Assembly (NCBI GenBank): GCA_965202585.1
Contig: OZ241830.1
Coordinates: 58,218,001 to 58,282,000 of the forward strand
DNA from: Thalia democratica
Taxonomy: Eukaryota
Direction of reading: 5' to 3'
Length of the DNA stretch: 64,000 bases
Positions within the stretch are counted from its first letter, which is position 1. Each line of letters begins with the position of its first letter. The notes below the pieces were generated by a model. It searched no databases. It had not been told where the DNA came from and saw nothing but the letters and a program-made list of their open reading frames with translations. The position numbers were made by a program, and so were the translations under genes. Below, piece by piece: positions 63,031-64,000 of the stretch.

Positions 63031-64000
63031 CAAATATCCAAGCCTTAATAAAATTTAAAAAACTAAAATAATAATTAAAATAATTTCCCAAGCCTTAATT
63101 AAACACATTTTTGAACAAACAATTTTAGTATTATCTGAAAAGTATCAAAGTTTTGTACTGTACAGTTGTTTTTAATTTTTGACTAACTATTAAAGACTAT
63201 TAAATTGTAACATAACCGAATTTTTTGTGTAAATTTCGATTCTAGTTTAATAATAAGTACAATCTCAAGATCATGTAAAGCTTTATACTTTAGGTGTGAA
63301 ACTATTTAACTATGTTATTTTTTAATTCCACAATATATATAATTCCCTCTTCATTGAATATAAACTATTGAGCACTGTATATAAGGTTCAATTATAACAA
63401 CAAAAAGTCTAATATACAGATTTTTGTTTAACTTGCTAAATTGACCTCGTAAAATGATTAGAGCTACCAACTTTAACAGTTTATCAACTAAACAACTCTA
63501 AAGATGAACACTGTACCCTAGAGTTAAATTGATAAGCTACGCACGTTGATTCTTATAAAATAGGCGAATCTTAAGTGTGTAGCGTACCTTACAGTTTTAC
63601 ACTTTTAACATAAAAGCGAATGTCTAATTATTTACTTAAACATACGATCTATTTAAGTTTATTTTTATAGACACTAGACATTTCTTTAAATAATTTTGCT
63701 TTGTTTACTATAACCGTATAAGGATCTTGTTTTCTAATGTTTTTTTTTCGTTTTATGCCATGAATAAAAACAATTAAAATTTTTTTGAGTTCTATTTATA
63801 CTTTAAATTTATTGCATGCCTCAGCCGAATCTATAAAAAATGGTACATTATCGGTAATCGTACTGCACTTTGTATAAAAAACAAGTTAAACAAACCTTAA
63901 ATTTGTGTTTAATAAAGTAATTGTATGTTTTAACAAATGTTTTATAAGCTAACTTTTTGTTATAATCAGAAACAAACTTATAACTGCATAAAGAGGTAAC

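Noticed and set aside
60885-63867. Possible minus-strand exons (60885-60928, 61040-61119, 63802-63867) of a gene leaving the window
   Set aside because: The splice sites are plausible, but there is no recognisable protein similarity and the phases do not link.

Overview
This is AT-rich animal genomic DNA. The transposon mix resembles hydrozoan or other invertebrate genomes, but the species cannot be fixed from sequence alone. Three multi-exon genes can be spliced by hand, all with GT-AG introns in consistent phase: SLU7 (+, 5445-16037), WDR97-like (-, 25604 to at least 41717) and C8orf34-like (+, 45667-57190). A possible secreted-protein gene lies at about 23.4 kb. Introns and spacers hold Kolobok-like, hAT-like and Mutator-like MITEs, a decayed Ty3/gypsy element, and two decayed Penelope-like (PLE) GIY-YIG endonuclease fragments. 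The main hidden signal is about a dozen type I hammerhead-ribozyme motifs, ranging from near-intact to decayed; most have the short palindromic stem III of PLE-type ribozymes. Several sit on the sense strand of SLU7 and C8orf34 introns. A roughly 900-bp palindrome consists of two inverted PLE 3' ends. A TACGTCA motif lies 50-65 nt upstream of four hammerhead cores. Other notable features are extreme GC3 islands in mid-gene exons with A/C-rich acceptors and G/T-rich weak donors, a four-copy GNRA-hairpin repeat, and an orphan copy of a SLU7 intron-exon junction. All alignments and folds were done by eye.
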